Positions 31,313-40,431 of a stretch of DNA of 64,000 bases are shown piece by piece. The stretch's first letter is position 1. Every line of letters begins with the position of its first letter. The DNA is from a virus (Duplodnaviria; Caudoviricetes). A model generated the notes under the pieces. It saw nothing but the letters and a program-made list of their open reading frames with translations. It ran no database searches and was not told the DNA's origin. The stretch covers positions 103,251 to 167,250 of the IMG/VR virus record IMGVR_UViG_3300031994_000013, one strand, 5' to 3'. The translations under genes and the position numbers were made by a program.

Positions 31313-33319
31313 TCATGATTGAGCCTCCCAACTATATGTAGGCGTACCATTTGATACAATGCATTTAAGGATATAGGTGCCATTTTGACTAGGCGCGGCG
31401 GGTAGAGGACTTGATGTGAGCGTCATCTGACCGTTAGCCTGTTTGACCATGTATAAGCCATCTGAATCAGCAAGGTCAGGCAGATGTTGAAGCTTGTCAC
31501 GAAGGTTAGACATATACTTCGTGCTATGACCGACCGGAATTGCGACCGCGCGCGTATCCACGAATCGCTCGGTTCCGAAATCATCGACGATTTGCACTTC
31601 TGGATAGGATGCGGCCTGCTCGGTTGTTGGAGTAGCAAGTTCATAGACCAGCATCACACCGGACATGGCAGTTTTGAAGGCGGCGGCAGTAGTATAAGTG
31701 GTATCCATAACTCTTAAAATCGGATCTGACTTAGAGTTTGTAACTGATATATATCCATTCGGCAAGGTTGAATATTCATATGCACCACTTTGATACTTAG
31801 TGCATAATAGATTGCCATGATACAGCATCTCATATACAGTCGGACAGCTAAACTGATTTGCTGTAGTTGTTTCTATCCAATCCAATGTTCCCAAATCTAC
31901 CACACCGTATCGTCTTGTTACCGTTCCATCGGCTTCATATGTATCACCGTCATAGTAAATATGATTGTTCGCATCTAGCTTCGGGACGCCACGAAGGGTA
32001 AGATTTTCTTGTAACGCATAAGTATGTTTGGAATATGGCTCATACTCTCCGTTGCGATAGCCAGTCCAGGAGAGGTTAAGGCAAATATCATTCTTATATG
32101 TATTGCCATATGATTGAGTCATATAGAAACGAATGTAATGGGCGTTCAGCGGCATCGTAAATGTGCGTGTGCTTATACCAACGCAATGCCCAGATGACAG
32201 CCAGCTTGCTGCGCCATCTAGTTCCGGTGGATCAACAATATTTCTATTTTCGTCCAAAAACATCGTCCATGCAACCCCAATTGGCATACTAAACCAATAC
32301 TTTGCGCCCGGAATAACAGGAATCAGGTTCTTAGAACGAATTTGGTCGGTCCTTGAAATGTTCGCGCCAGTCGATGTGCTAAATGTGCCTTGCTCCCACT
32401 CTTCATCCCACTGGTTGAATCCAACAGTCTCATGCTGGGTGGTTTGGACACTCATCAACTCGCCGGGATTGTAGGCATAGTGGGTCAATGGAAACAGACT
32501 TTTAAATAATTCAGCCCCGGCATTAGATAATGCTCCCTGCATAGAGTAAATGTAGTCAGCCACAGTATTTCCAAACATCATTGTTAAATCACAGTATTGC
32601 GGCCAGAAAGTAATCGGCTCATTGATTATGGTGCCAGATGCGATAGAAAGAGTGAAGCCAGAATATCCAAGATAATCAGGAGCAACATCAATTCGTTTAT
32701 AAACGCCATAATTTTTATTGTTTAGATGCCAGCCGCTCCAGTTATCCATAATGCAAATACCTTTTTCAATTTGCGCGCCACCGCGAAAATATACATGATT
32801 ACCAATACGGAATAAATTCGCGCGAAGCGACAGCGTAAAATCAGCGCTCGCGCCCTCAGATGTCGTTGAAACAGTATAGCTTCCATCACGATGATCCACA
32901 ACAGTAACATTATCTCTTGTTGTAGAAGCATCGGTATCTCCCTGTTTATACAACTGATTCCACACAATCGTTCCGCCAACAATTTTTTCAAGCTTACGAT
33001 TGCCGACATCAAGTGAGCCACCAGTTTTACGATAAACATAAGGCACACTATCCTCTGTGAATTTAGAGGAAAGCAATTGTTCGGTACTACCAGAAGTAAG
33101 CTCTTCGTAATAGCCATCAACATTGGCTTTTATATTTAATTGTTCTCCAACTGCCTTTGCTTCCGCAGCATCGCCTTCTTGCGTTAAGGTTGTATCTAAA
33201 GAAACTAAATTATTATCAATCAGTTCTATTCCTTCTTCTATATGATTCATTAAAGCAGCAGTAATCGTATCACCGCTTTCCCAGGTATTTTTTACATATG
33301 TTGCCATAAATACCTCCAT
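31313..33319 (-). CDS. putative tail fibre/minor structural protein
   Basis: YVKNTWESGDTITAALMNHIEEGI; VYELATPT. Confidence 0.7.
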   Translation of the reverse strand: MEVFMATYVKNTWESGDTITAALMNHIEEGIELIDNNLVSLDTTLTQEGDAAEAKAVGEQLNIKANVDGYYEELTSGSTEQLLSSKFTEDSVPYVYRKTGGSLDVGNRKLEKIVGGTIVWNQLYKQGDTDASTTRDNVTVVDHRDGSYTVSTTSEGASADFTLSLRANLFRIGNHVYFRGGAQIEKGICIMDNWSGWHLNNKNYGVYKRIDVAPDYLGYSGFTLSIASGTIINEPITFWPQYCDLTMMFGNTVADYIYSMQGALSNAGAELFKSLFPLTHYAYNPGELMSVQTTQHETVGFNQWDEEWEQGTFSTSTGANISRTDQIRSKNLIPVIPGAKYWFSMPIGVAWTMFLDENRNIVDPPELDGAASWLSSGHCVGISTRTFTMPLNAHYIRFYMTQSYGNTYKNDICLNLSWTGYRNGEYEPYSKHTYALQENLTLRGVPKLDANNHIYYDGDTYEADGTVTRRYGVVDLGTLDWIETTTANQFSCPTVYEMLYHGNLLCTKYQSGAYEYSTLPNGYISVTNSKSDPILRVMDTTYTTAAAFKTAMSGVMLVYELATPTTEQAASYPEVQIVDDFGTERFVDTRAVAIPVGHSTKYMSNLRDKLQHLPDLADSDGLYMVKQANGQMTLTSSPLPAAPSQNGTYILKCIVSNGTPTYSWEAQS

Positions 33320-33405
33320 AGTTTTGACCTTTTTTTCATTTTAATAGTATGATTATTATCTATTTTTAACTTCTTTTTATTTTATTTTTTTTATTACATA
33401 AATAC

Positions 33406-33434
33406 TTGACTTTTTTCAAATTTTATGATATAAT
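33406..33434 (+). promoter_or_regulatory. sigma-A-type promoter, extended -10
   Basis: TTGACT-17-TATAAT with TG. Confidence 0.8.
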
Positions 33435-33510
33435 TATTATGTTGAAAGGGGAAAGGAACCCAATCAACGAAATATAAATTGCGGGTAGGGAACCGCAAGG
33501 AGACTATATT

Positions 33511-33846
33511 ATGGCTATTAAAATTTATTCAGACAAAACTAATAAGTATTATGATACCGTTCAGGCGGCAGAAGATGCGGAATTTAAGCTAAAGGAGCAA
33601 GAAAACCGCGATAAGATTCTCGCTGAGCGTAAAGCGGCTGAACTAAAGGAAAAGAAGGAGCAGGAAGCTGCCGAGCGTAAGGCTGCGGCCGACAAAGTTG
33701 AAAGCGCGCGTAAGGCGATGGTTGAAGCTCAGAGGAAGTATCGTGAGGAACTTGAGGCTTTTATTAAACAATATAAGACCTATCACTATTCTTCTAATAA
33801 GGTTGAAGACATTCCTATTCTCTTTGATTTATTTGATTGGCTATAA
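33511..33846 (+). CDS. charged coiled-coil protein
   Basis: strong RBS, biased codons. Confidence 0.7.
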   Translation: MAIKIYSDKTNKYYDTVQAAEDAEFKLKEQENRDKILAERKAAELKEKKEQEAAERKAAADKVESARKAMVEAQRKYREELEAFIKQYKTYHYSSNKVEDIPILFDLFDWL

Positions 33847-33872
33847 TAATTAGGCGGCATAACCGCCTATAT

Positions 33873-33943
33873 GCACCATTGATGTAGTGGTAACATTGCT
33901 GCCCTCCAAGCAGCCTTCGCCCGTTCAAATCGGGTATGGTGCT
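33873..33943 (+). tRNA. tRNA-Gly(TCC), C33 variant
   Basis: acceptor GCACCAT/ATGGTGC, U73, loop CCTCCAA. Confidence 0.85.
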
Positions 33944-33944
33944 C

Positions 33945-34290
33945 GCGCCATTTCTTCAAATCTGTATGGTGCAAAAACAGATTTGACGTTGGGGCTATGG
34001 AGCAAAACGCTAGAAGAAATTGCTACCGTGGTTTGCGATAATAACCGCCAAGAGCTTATCTTGCCTTGTAGGTCATTTCCGGAGTGACATAAGATTCTTC
34101 TCTATCTACTATGCCGATAGCATGAAGGTATAGGCGTGTATCACAGCGCGAAATGAATCGTGGAGAATACGGCATTGATAATCCGCTCGGCTTGCCTTCG
34201 AGATAGGCAACGCGTACTTGACCCGCGAATCAAGAACGCAGCCGTTTATAATTTGAGTAGAACTGACAATCCTATAAAAATTATAAACGG
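33945..34290 (+). ncRNA. putative structured ncRNA
   Basis: several nested stems, no credible ORF. Confidence 0.5.
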
Positions 34291-34395
34291 TTTTTATTTG
34301 ACTTTTGATAGAAATTATAATATAATATTATTTAGAAAATGACAAAAGATTATGTAGAGATAATACACAATTAGTAAGGTTGCTTGTAAAAATAT

Positions 34396-34424
34396 TTGAC
34401 TTTTAATAAAAATTATGTTATAAT
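34396..34424 (+). promoter_or_regulatory. sigma-A promoter, duplicated at 34583-34611
   Basis: identical ATTTGACTTTTAATAAAAATTATGTTATAATAAATAT twice. Confidence 0.85.
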
Positions 34425-34625
34425 AAATATACAAAAGAAAGGAATGGAAAATATGCTAATTGAACAAGATAATGAAAAAGAAAATCTTTATAAAATTATT
34501 GATTTTCTAATGGAAGAAATCAAAAATTTACGAAGGGAAAATGCTCGATTAGTAGAACTTCTTGAAAAGAAAGAATAACCATTTGACTTTTAATAAAAAT
34601 TATGTTATAATAAATATGTTGTTAA

Positions 34626-34696
34626 GGGGATTTAGTTTAACGGTAAAATAGATGCTTTGCAAGCATTTGTCATCAGTTCGATTCTGATAGTCTCCA
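34626..34696 (+). tRNA. tRNA-Ala(TGC)
   Basis: cloverleaf, G3:U70. Confidence 0.9.
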
Positions 34697-34697
34697 T

Positions 34698-34770
34698 TGC
34701 GGGATGGCCAAGTGGTTAAGGCAATTGGCTCATAACCAATAGACCGTGGGTTCAAATCCCACTCCCGCTA
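34698..34770 (+). tRNA. tRNA-Met(CAT), initiator-like
   Basis: loop CTCATAA; 1:72 mismatch; lacks the three G-C anticodon-stem pairs. Confidence 0.85.
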
Positions 34771-34775
34771 TTTAG

Positions 34776-35396
34776 TTGTCGGTATTCTTCTGTAAAAACC
34801 GTCACTGCTGGTCAGTTCTACGATGCAGAAAGCAGTATAAACACGGGGCTGTAGAAAAGATAAAGCGAAAAGGTAGAGGCACTGCCTGGGTTCGAGTCCC
34901 AGCGGGTGGCGTGGAGCGTAGAGCCAAAACCCTGATGCACTTAGAGTCTAGCTTCGCTTGAGGGCGGCCACCCAAGAGCGCATACTGAGCCCATAGAGAG
35001 TGGGCGGTGGGGCACGCCACCTTAAACTTAAAGGTGCATCCGCATATCGTTTGCGGTATATAACCATTCTTTGAAATGGTAATCTAGAGGCTATGGTAAG
35101 AGGACCAGATAAGTAGTTGATAGTGAAACAATAACCTTGGCTGAAAAAGAGGATGGAAGGAAAAGGCCCGATTCCTTACCAAATAGCGCTAAAAATTGGT
35201 AAAGCGATGCGGTTCAATCGCACCTCTCACACAGTGTAGGCCACATTGCCTTTGGTGGGTTTGTATTTGGGTAAGACACCTGAATATTGGCAAAGGCGCA
35301 AATGCGTCGGAAAGCCCAATTTCCCAACATACTTTCATGCGTGGGTGGAATAACAAGAGAAAGCGCAGCTTTCGGTCTGTGGTTAATAAAACCGAA
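34776..35396 (+). ncRNA. putative large ornate ncRNA
   Basis: about 620 nt, GC-richer than flanks, many hairpins, embedded T-arm. Confidence 0.6.
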
Positions 35397-35456
35397 TAGG
35401 CGGTAGCAGCAATACTTATAGAAAATTTTGGGAATTAAAATTTTTTATGCCGCCTA
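35397..35456 (+). ncRNA. CAGCAA/Y-like RNA 1
   Basis: TAGGCGGTA/TGCCGCCTA stem + CAGCAA. Confidence 0.65.
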
Positions 35457-35463
35457 GTTATGT

Positions 35464-35535
35464 GGCGTGTTAGTCAAGTGGTAAAGATAACTGGTTTTCA
35501 CCCAGTTGGCTGGAGTTCGACTCTCCAACACGCTA
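35464..35535 (+). tRNA. tRNA-Glu(TTC)
   Basis: cloverleaf, loop TTTTCAC. Confidence 0.9.
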
Positions 35536-35854
35536 TATTGGCAACGTCCGTTACAATTGCTAGCGCGAGCGAGTATGAAAAGACTACGCTTGGGGCGACC
35601 TCTGAGCTAATCCGGAAAGGAAAGCGTGCGGCGGCTAGGCGTCGTAGAAAGTCCAAACTTTCTATGGTAAGGAAAAACTTATTTAATATTGCCACCCAAT
35701 GGGAGCCTCTAAATAAGTCAAGAGTAGAAAAACCCTAGTATTTTTATTGGAATAGAGGGTAATCTTTTGCGGAGATTACGGAAAATGAAAACCGCTCCCG
35801 CCGAACTGCCGGTAGTAGCAAACACCTATTCGTAGGTAAAGGCAGCAGTTTTAA

Positions 35855-35927
35855 CAAGGTGTATCGTAGTAGCTAACGGGCGTCACTTGGGATGACGAAA
35901 TCGGGAGTGCAAATCTCTCCACCTTGA
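35855..35927 (+). tRNA. tRNA-Pro(TGG)
   Basis: cloverleaf, loop CTTGGGA. Confidence 0.88.
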
Positions 35928-36210
35928 TTTCTGCTTGTGTTTAATGAGCACGAGCCTTGTAAAAGAAAATATAGTTCAGCGGGATACTGGCTTATACTAG
36001 TTGACATTTTCTTTAATACAATCTCCAGCGTGAGTAAAAACCGCCTTGGACTGGGTGAGATGCCTATCGTTGCGGCCGCCAACGAAGTAACGTAAACAGT
36101 TATGAGCGGTTATAATTACCTTGCTATCAGGTCTTAATTTAGGATAGCTACTTATAGGTAAGACTATACGGGTGCGGCGTTCGTCAGCTCAGAGATAGCA
36201 TGCCGAATTT

Positions 36211-36351
36211 GCCCGGTTAGCTCAGTCGGTAGAGCATGCGGCTGTGACAGAGAGATGATTTGGTAATCATGTGAGGGACGCCCACGTTGCGAGTTCAATT
36301 CTCGCCTCTGTATTAACCGCAGTGTCGGGGGTTCGAGCCCCTCACCGGGCG
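36211..36351 (+). tRNA. tRNA-Asn(GTT) interrupted by tRNA-like insert 36246-36313
   Basis: TGCGG CTGT|TAA CCGCA after removal. Confidence 0.9.
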
Positions 36352-36450
36352 GTCAAGTTGGAGGATAGAACAGGCAGCTATCGCCCATTGTTAGGAGATG
36401 CGGGAGTGTCGCCCCGCCCAGCATTAATTTTATAAGAATGAGGTAAATTT

Positions 36451-36999
36451 ATGGCTCTAAAAATTCTCAGCCCATGGCAGGTTTGGTATGCTGATGTAAA
36501 GGCAATGTTTCAGGAAGATAATGAAATTGGTGTAATATTTGATAATGATACATTAGAGCTTACTGTGTATGTAGAGAATGCAGATAAGGCTGATGCCCTA
36601 GGACAGCTTCTACCTACTGAAAAGCATTTTGGTAATCAGGTTGTAAAGGTTAGCGTCATTCCCGCGAATGTACCTAAGACCGCATTAAAGCTAAATCGTG
36701 CGAATCTTTATGAAAGGGCATTTGCTGATAATCCTGCACTAGAAAAGGTAGTGACAATTGAAGGCGTTATGTCTAATACACTAACTTATGTTGTCTTTAA
36801 GAAACAAGTAGTACAGTATTATATTGATGACCTTGGCGATATCTATGGTAATAGAACTACTTTGTATCAAGAGATTGCAAAGAATATATTTGAAGCAGCG
36901 GAAGGCGTGTTTTTCTGTACGGCAAATGAAACAGAATTTAAGTTAAATATGACTAATCATGGTTGGATTACAACTACTTGTTGTAGTTCAAGTAATTGA
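36451..36999 (+). CDS. hypothetical phage protein
   Basis: 182 aa, VFKKQVVQYY.DDLGD. Confidence 0.7.
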   Translation: MALKILSPWQVWYADVKAMFQEDNEIGVIFDNDTLELTVYVENADKADALGQLLPTEKHFGNQVVKVSVIPANVPKTALKLNRANLYERAFADNPALEKVVTIEGVMSNTLTYVVFKKQVVQYYIDDLGDIYGNRTTLYQEIAKNIFEAAEGVFFCTANETEFKLNMTNHGWITTTCCSSSN

Positions 37000-37058
37000 C
37001 TTTTTTCTAAATTTATGCTATAATAAATATATCAAAAGGGAACGAAAGTTCCCAATAT

Positions 37059-37130
37059 GGCCCTATGGTCTAATGGCTATGATACGTGACTGTCTATCAC
37101 GAGGTTGCAGTTCAATTCTGCGTAGGGTCG
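37059..37130 (+). tRNA. tRNA-Asp(GTC)
   Basis: cloverleaf, G73. Confidence 0.9.
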
Positions 37131-37138
37131 TTGCCTTA

Positions 37139-37258
37139 AAGACGGTTCAGCAATTATTTTGAAAATTTATGCAGTATAATAAAGGGGCGGGTTCGAATCC
37201 CGCAGCATAAGGTGGGCACTTATGTTTGGTGTAGCGGTAGCATTCATTTCGCCGTCTT
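37139..37258 (+). ncRNA. CAGCAA/Y-like RNA 2 with permuted tRNA domain
   Basis: AAGACGG/CCGTCTT; T-arm, closed acceptor, D-arm order. Confidence 0.8.
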
Positions 37259-37264
37259 GATTTT

Positions 37265-37352
37265 CCTACTCAAGCATAATTGGTACATGCCACGGCCTTA
37301 TAAGCCGGAGACCCTCACAAGGTTAGTCCACGTTCAAGTCGTGGGAGTAGGA
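37265..37352 (+). tRNA. tRNA-Ile(TAT) with long variable region
   Basis: CCTACTC/GAGTAGG, loop CTTATAA, A73. Confidence 0.8.
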
Positions 37353-37355
37353 TTT

Positions 37356-37472
37356 TAGACCTGTCAGCAATTATTTCTTTTGCATGTGGAGCACGTATGT
37401 GATGGTTCGAATCCATCTTTGGGCCGATGCGCCCAAATAGCTCAATGGTAGAGCGCGTAATAAGTGGGTCTA
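37356..37472 (+). ncRNA. CAGCAA/Y-like RNA 3 with permuted tRNA domain
   Basis: TAGACC/GGTCTA; GATGGTTCGAATCCATC, TTTGGGC/GCCCAAA, TAGCTCAATGGTAGAGC. Confidence 0.8.
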
Positions 37473-37551
37473 GTTTTTATATGGAACTAATCTATCCTGA
37501 GTTCCTGCGGTTCAAGGATAGGGCGGTGGCTGCCCAAAGTCGCAATTATAT

Positions 37552-37669
37552 GGCCCCTTAGCCCAATTGGCAGAGGCAATAGACCATCAATAGCCAGAGC
37601 GAAATGAGGTCATCACTCATATTGATGTTCAAAATCTATCAAGTATCAGTTCGAATCTGATAGGGGCTA
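37552..37669 (+). tRNA. tRNA-Leu(CAA) interrupted by mini-tRNA insert 37585-37628
   Basis: ATAGA C|TCAAAA TCTAT after removal. Confidence 0.85.
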
Positions 37670-37748
37670 TTAAAAAAATCGCGGGACGCGAAGAAAAAAG
37701 AGTAATGCGTCTGCTTATATAATACTATTTATGTAGGAGGCGATAATT

Positions 37749-38354
37749 ATGAAAAAATGGGAAAAATTCTCTGAAAAAGAGTTGCTTGAGATTATTCAAA
37801 ATAGTCGAAGTTATAGAGAAGTCGCTCAAAAATTAGGTTATAATCCTGATAGTGGTAGTGGTATGAAAGCTATTAAGGATATGATAGAGACGAAACAATT
37901 TGATATATCGCATTTTTTAGGGCAGGGTTGGAATAAAAATAATTTTGATTATTCGCGTTTCCAGTATGGGAAAAATATTAAAGCCGTATTAATGTTAGAT
38001 GCTTTAATTAATTTACGCGGCAGAAAATGTGAAAAATGCGGTTTAACAAAATGGGAAAATTTTCCTATTCCACTAGAAGTACATCATATTGATGGAGACC
38101 ATTTGAATAATACATTAGATAATTTACAAATTCTTTGCTGCAATTGTCATGCTTTAACAGCGAATTTTAAAGGACGAAATCAGCTTAGCGTAGAACGACA
38201 AAATGAAAAAGTATCTGAAGAACAATTAGTAGAAGCATTAAAGACAACTTCTAATGTTCGTCAAGCTCTTTTAAAAGTTGGCTTGACTAGTCGTGGGCAC
38301 AATTATGATAGAGCATATGATTTGATATATAAATATCAAATAAAACAACAATAA
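37749..38354 (+). CDS. HNH homing endonuclease
   Basis: CEKC, LEVHHIDGDHLNN..NLQILCCNCH. Confidence 0.9.
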   Translation: MKKWEKFSEKELLEIIQNSRSYREVAQKLGYNPDSGSGMKAIKDMIETKQFDISHFLGQGWNKNNFDYSRFQYGKNIKAVLMLDALINLRGRKCEKCGLTKWENFPIPLEVHHIDGDHLNNTLDNLQILCCNCHALTANFKGRNQLSVERQNEKVSEEQLVEALKTTSNVRQALLKVGLTSRGHNYDRAYDLIYKYQIKQQ

Positions 38355-38359
38355 TATTA

Positions 38360-38462
38360 TAGGCGTTTTCAGCAATTACCTTTATAGGTTATGGGTTCGA
38401 GTCCCATTTTGCAATCCTTTTTGCGAATCGTCCAATAGGTAGGACAATAAATAAGACGCCTA
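38360..38462 (+). ncRNA. CAGCAA/Y-like RNA 4 with permuted tRNA domain
   Basis: TAGGCGTTT/AGACGCCTA; ATGGGTTCGAGTCCCAT, TTTGCAA/TTGCGAA, GTCCAATAGGTAGGAC. Confidence 0.8.
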
Positions 38463-38791
38463 GTATTTTAAAGATGGATTTTTTCCATCTTATTTTTATA
38501 ATTGACTTTTCTCTAAAATTATGATATAATTTTTTTAGAAAAAAGGAAATGAGGAAATAATATGGATAAGGAAACTCTAAGTAGCACTGCGACAAAAAGT
38601 CAATTTATTGATTCTATTTATAATTGGTTAATGCGCACGCTCGATGAGAAGGGCAACGGACAATATAAGGAATGTTTTCAAAAAGAGGGCTCAAGTATAA
38701 TTTGTTCTCTTCCAGATAATTATTTTAATAGTTATACTATTCCTCATGGCACTAAAATTGAAATGAAATTTATTAGTAAAAAGGGATAATA

Positions 38792-39226
38792 ATGAAAATT
38801 TATACTTCTTATTTCGCGCAAATGCGTAATTTTCCTAAAAATCTTGTTTCGCTTTCAACCGCAGTTTGGAATCCTAAATGGTTGCCGCTTGGGCGCGATA
38901 AGCAAGGTCATATTTGGCTAGATATTCCGCCGCTAAAGCCAGGATATAATTGTAATGGCTTATGTAATGGAAAATGTAATCCAAAGCATCCACAGGATTG
39001 TGCTTTTCTTCAAGAATATCGCAAACAGTTGAACGGTATAGATATTCATAATATTCTAAATGAATTACAAGTTTTAAAAAATGATATTGAAGTTGCGGAG
39101 AGCCTAGAGAATGTAGAGTTTGTGCTATTATTTTTTGAGACTCCGGATAATCCTTGTAGTGAGCGGCAAGTCGTTATTGAATGGCTTAAAGAAAATAATA
39201 TCGAAACTGAGGAATGGAGAAAATGA
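38792..39226 (+). CDS. DUF488-like protein
   Basis: MKIYTSYF, LLFFETP..CSER..W. Confidence 0.6.
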   Translation: MKIYTSYFAQMRNFPKNLVSLSTAVWNPKWLPLGRDKQGHIWLDIPPLKPGYNCNGLCNGKCNPKHPQDCAFLQEYRKQLNGIDIHNILNELQVLKNDIEVAESLENVEFVLLFFETPDNPCSERQVVIEWLKENNIETEEWRK

Positions 39227-39719
39227 TAAAAATTATTAAGCATGGGCACGCGCAATATCATATGACATGTAAATTTTGTGATTGTTTATTCTCTTTTGAA
39301 GACAGTGATATAAAATTTTCTGGTAATCAGCGAGATTGGATAGAATATATCGAATGCCCAGAATGCGGGCATGAGATTGATATTGTTAATCGTGCGTTCT
39401 ATAAGTTTAAGGAGAGTAAAGACTAATATAATGAAAGATAGGAAAATTTTTTTTATAGCAGTGTTAATTGCTATATTACTTTTTATAGGCGTAGTATTTT
39501 TACAAGAATCGTCCTGTAACATAGTATATAATAATGGCATTTGTACAAGATGCGGAGGACACTATATTTTTCAGCAGGCGGTAGGACATCGATATAATAT
39601 TCGATATATTTACCAATGTGATAAATGTGGCAAGTTAATTGAAATTAATTCTATTCGTTAATTATTTGACTTCTTTCTAAATTTATGCTATAATTATTAT
39701 AGAAAGTGAGGGAAAGAAA

Positions 39720-40067
39720 ATGAAGGAATACAGTATGAAATCTCATAATCGCCGCGCTCATCAGCGTTGGCTTAATAAGTTTTGCCGCGATGTTAATAAA
39801 TCTATTTATGATGATAATCTGTGGCGCGGGCGCTTTGTTGTAGAACAGGTTTCTACTCAGATGGATTGGTTTGAGGATAAAAGCGGTGGTATCCTTCGTT
39901 GTGTTCTTCGCTTTCGTGATAAGAAAACTGGCTGTACTAAGCTTTGTTATACCGATTGTCTTGAAGTTGCTTGGAATATGTTTTTTCAGATGAATGACTT
40001 TATTGTAAAAGATTGTGCTGTTTGGGATAAGGAAGACCCTTATAAGGAGATTGAATCATGGAGATAA
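39720..40067 (+). CDS. hypothetical phage protein
   Basis: promoter and RBS upstream; DNLWRGRF. Confidence 0.65.
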   Translation: MKEYSMKSHNRRAHQRWLNKFCRDVNKSIYDDNLWRGRFVVEQVSTQMDWFEDKSGGILRCVLRFRDKKTGCTKLCYTDCLEVAWNMFFQMNDFIVKDCAVWDKEDPYKEIESWR

Positions 40068-40265
40068 AGAGACCCGTTACTGTAGAGTTTAATTATTATA
40101 ATGATAATAACGAATTTGATGACGATGTTAATTTAACTTTTAGAACTACGCCAGATATGACTATTGGGCAATTACACGCTTTTTGTAAGCGTTTTGCTAT
40201 TGCACTTAGTTTTTCACCAAAGCAGGTTGAAGAAGCTTTTGGTGAAGATATAGAAGATAGAATTT

Positions 40266-40350
40266 AGAAGGGTGCCTGAGTGGTCAATAGGAGCGGTTTG
40301 CTAAATCGTCGTAGGGTAACCTACCGCAAGTTCGAATCTTGTCCCTTCTG
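40266..40350 (+). tRNA. tRNA-Ser(GCT)
   Basis: class II cloverleaf, G73. Confidence 0.9.
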
Positions 40351-40431
40351 TTCGCCAATTTAACTGGTTGGCGCGCCAGCTATGGATTAAATAGCGACCC
40401 AGCTCGCGGGCATTCTAAATAGCGAGCACGT

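Noticed and set aside
33960-34290. tmRNA (GATTTGAC, GGGGCT)
   Set aside because: No acceptor/T-arm 3' end or tag reading frame identified.
35645-35665. RNase P RNA (GAAAGTCC)
   Set aside because: Motif lies in a local hairpin and no matching 3' P4 strand was found.
34776-36082. Short ORFs listed in the RNA island (also 40559-41026 minus)
   Set aside because: No RBS, overlap tRNAs or structured RNA; considered spurious.
37552-37669. Opal suppressor/Sec tRNA (TTCAAA)
   Set aside because: Requires an 8-nt loop or mis-registered stem; Leu(CAA) fits exactly.
40352-40430. Theta/HDV-like ribozyme after tRNA-Ser
   Set aside because: Hairpins present, but P1/P2/P3 could not be placed in HDV order.
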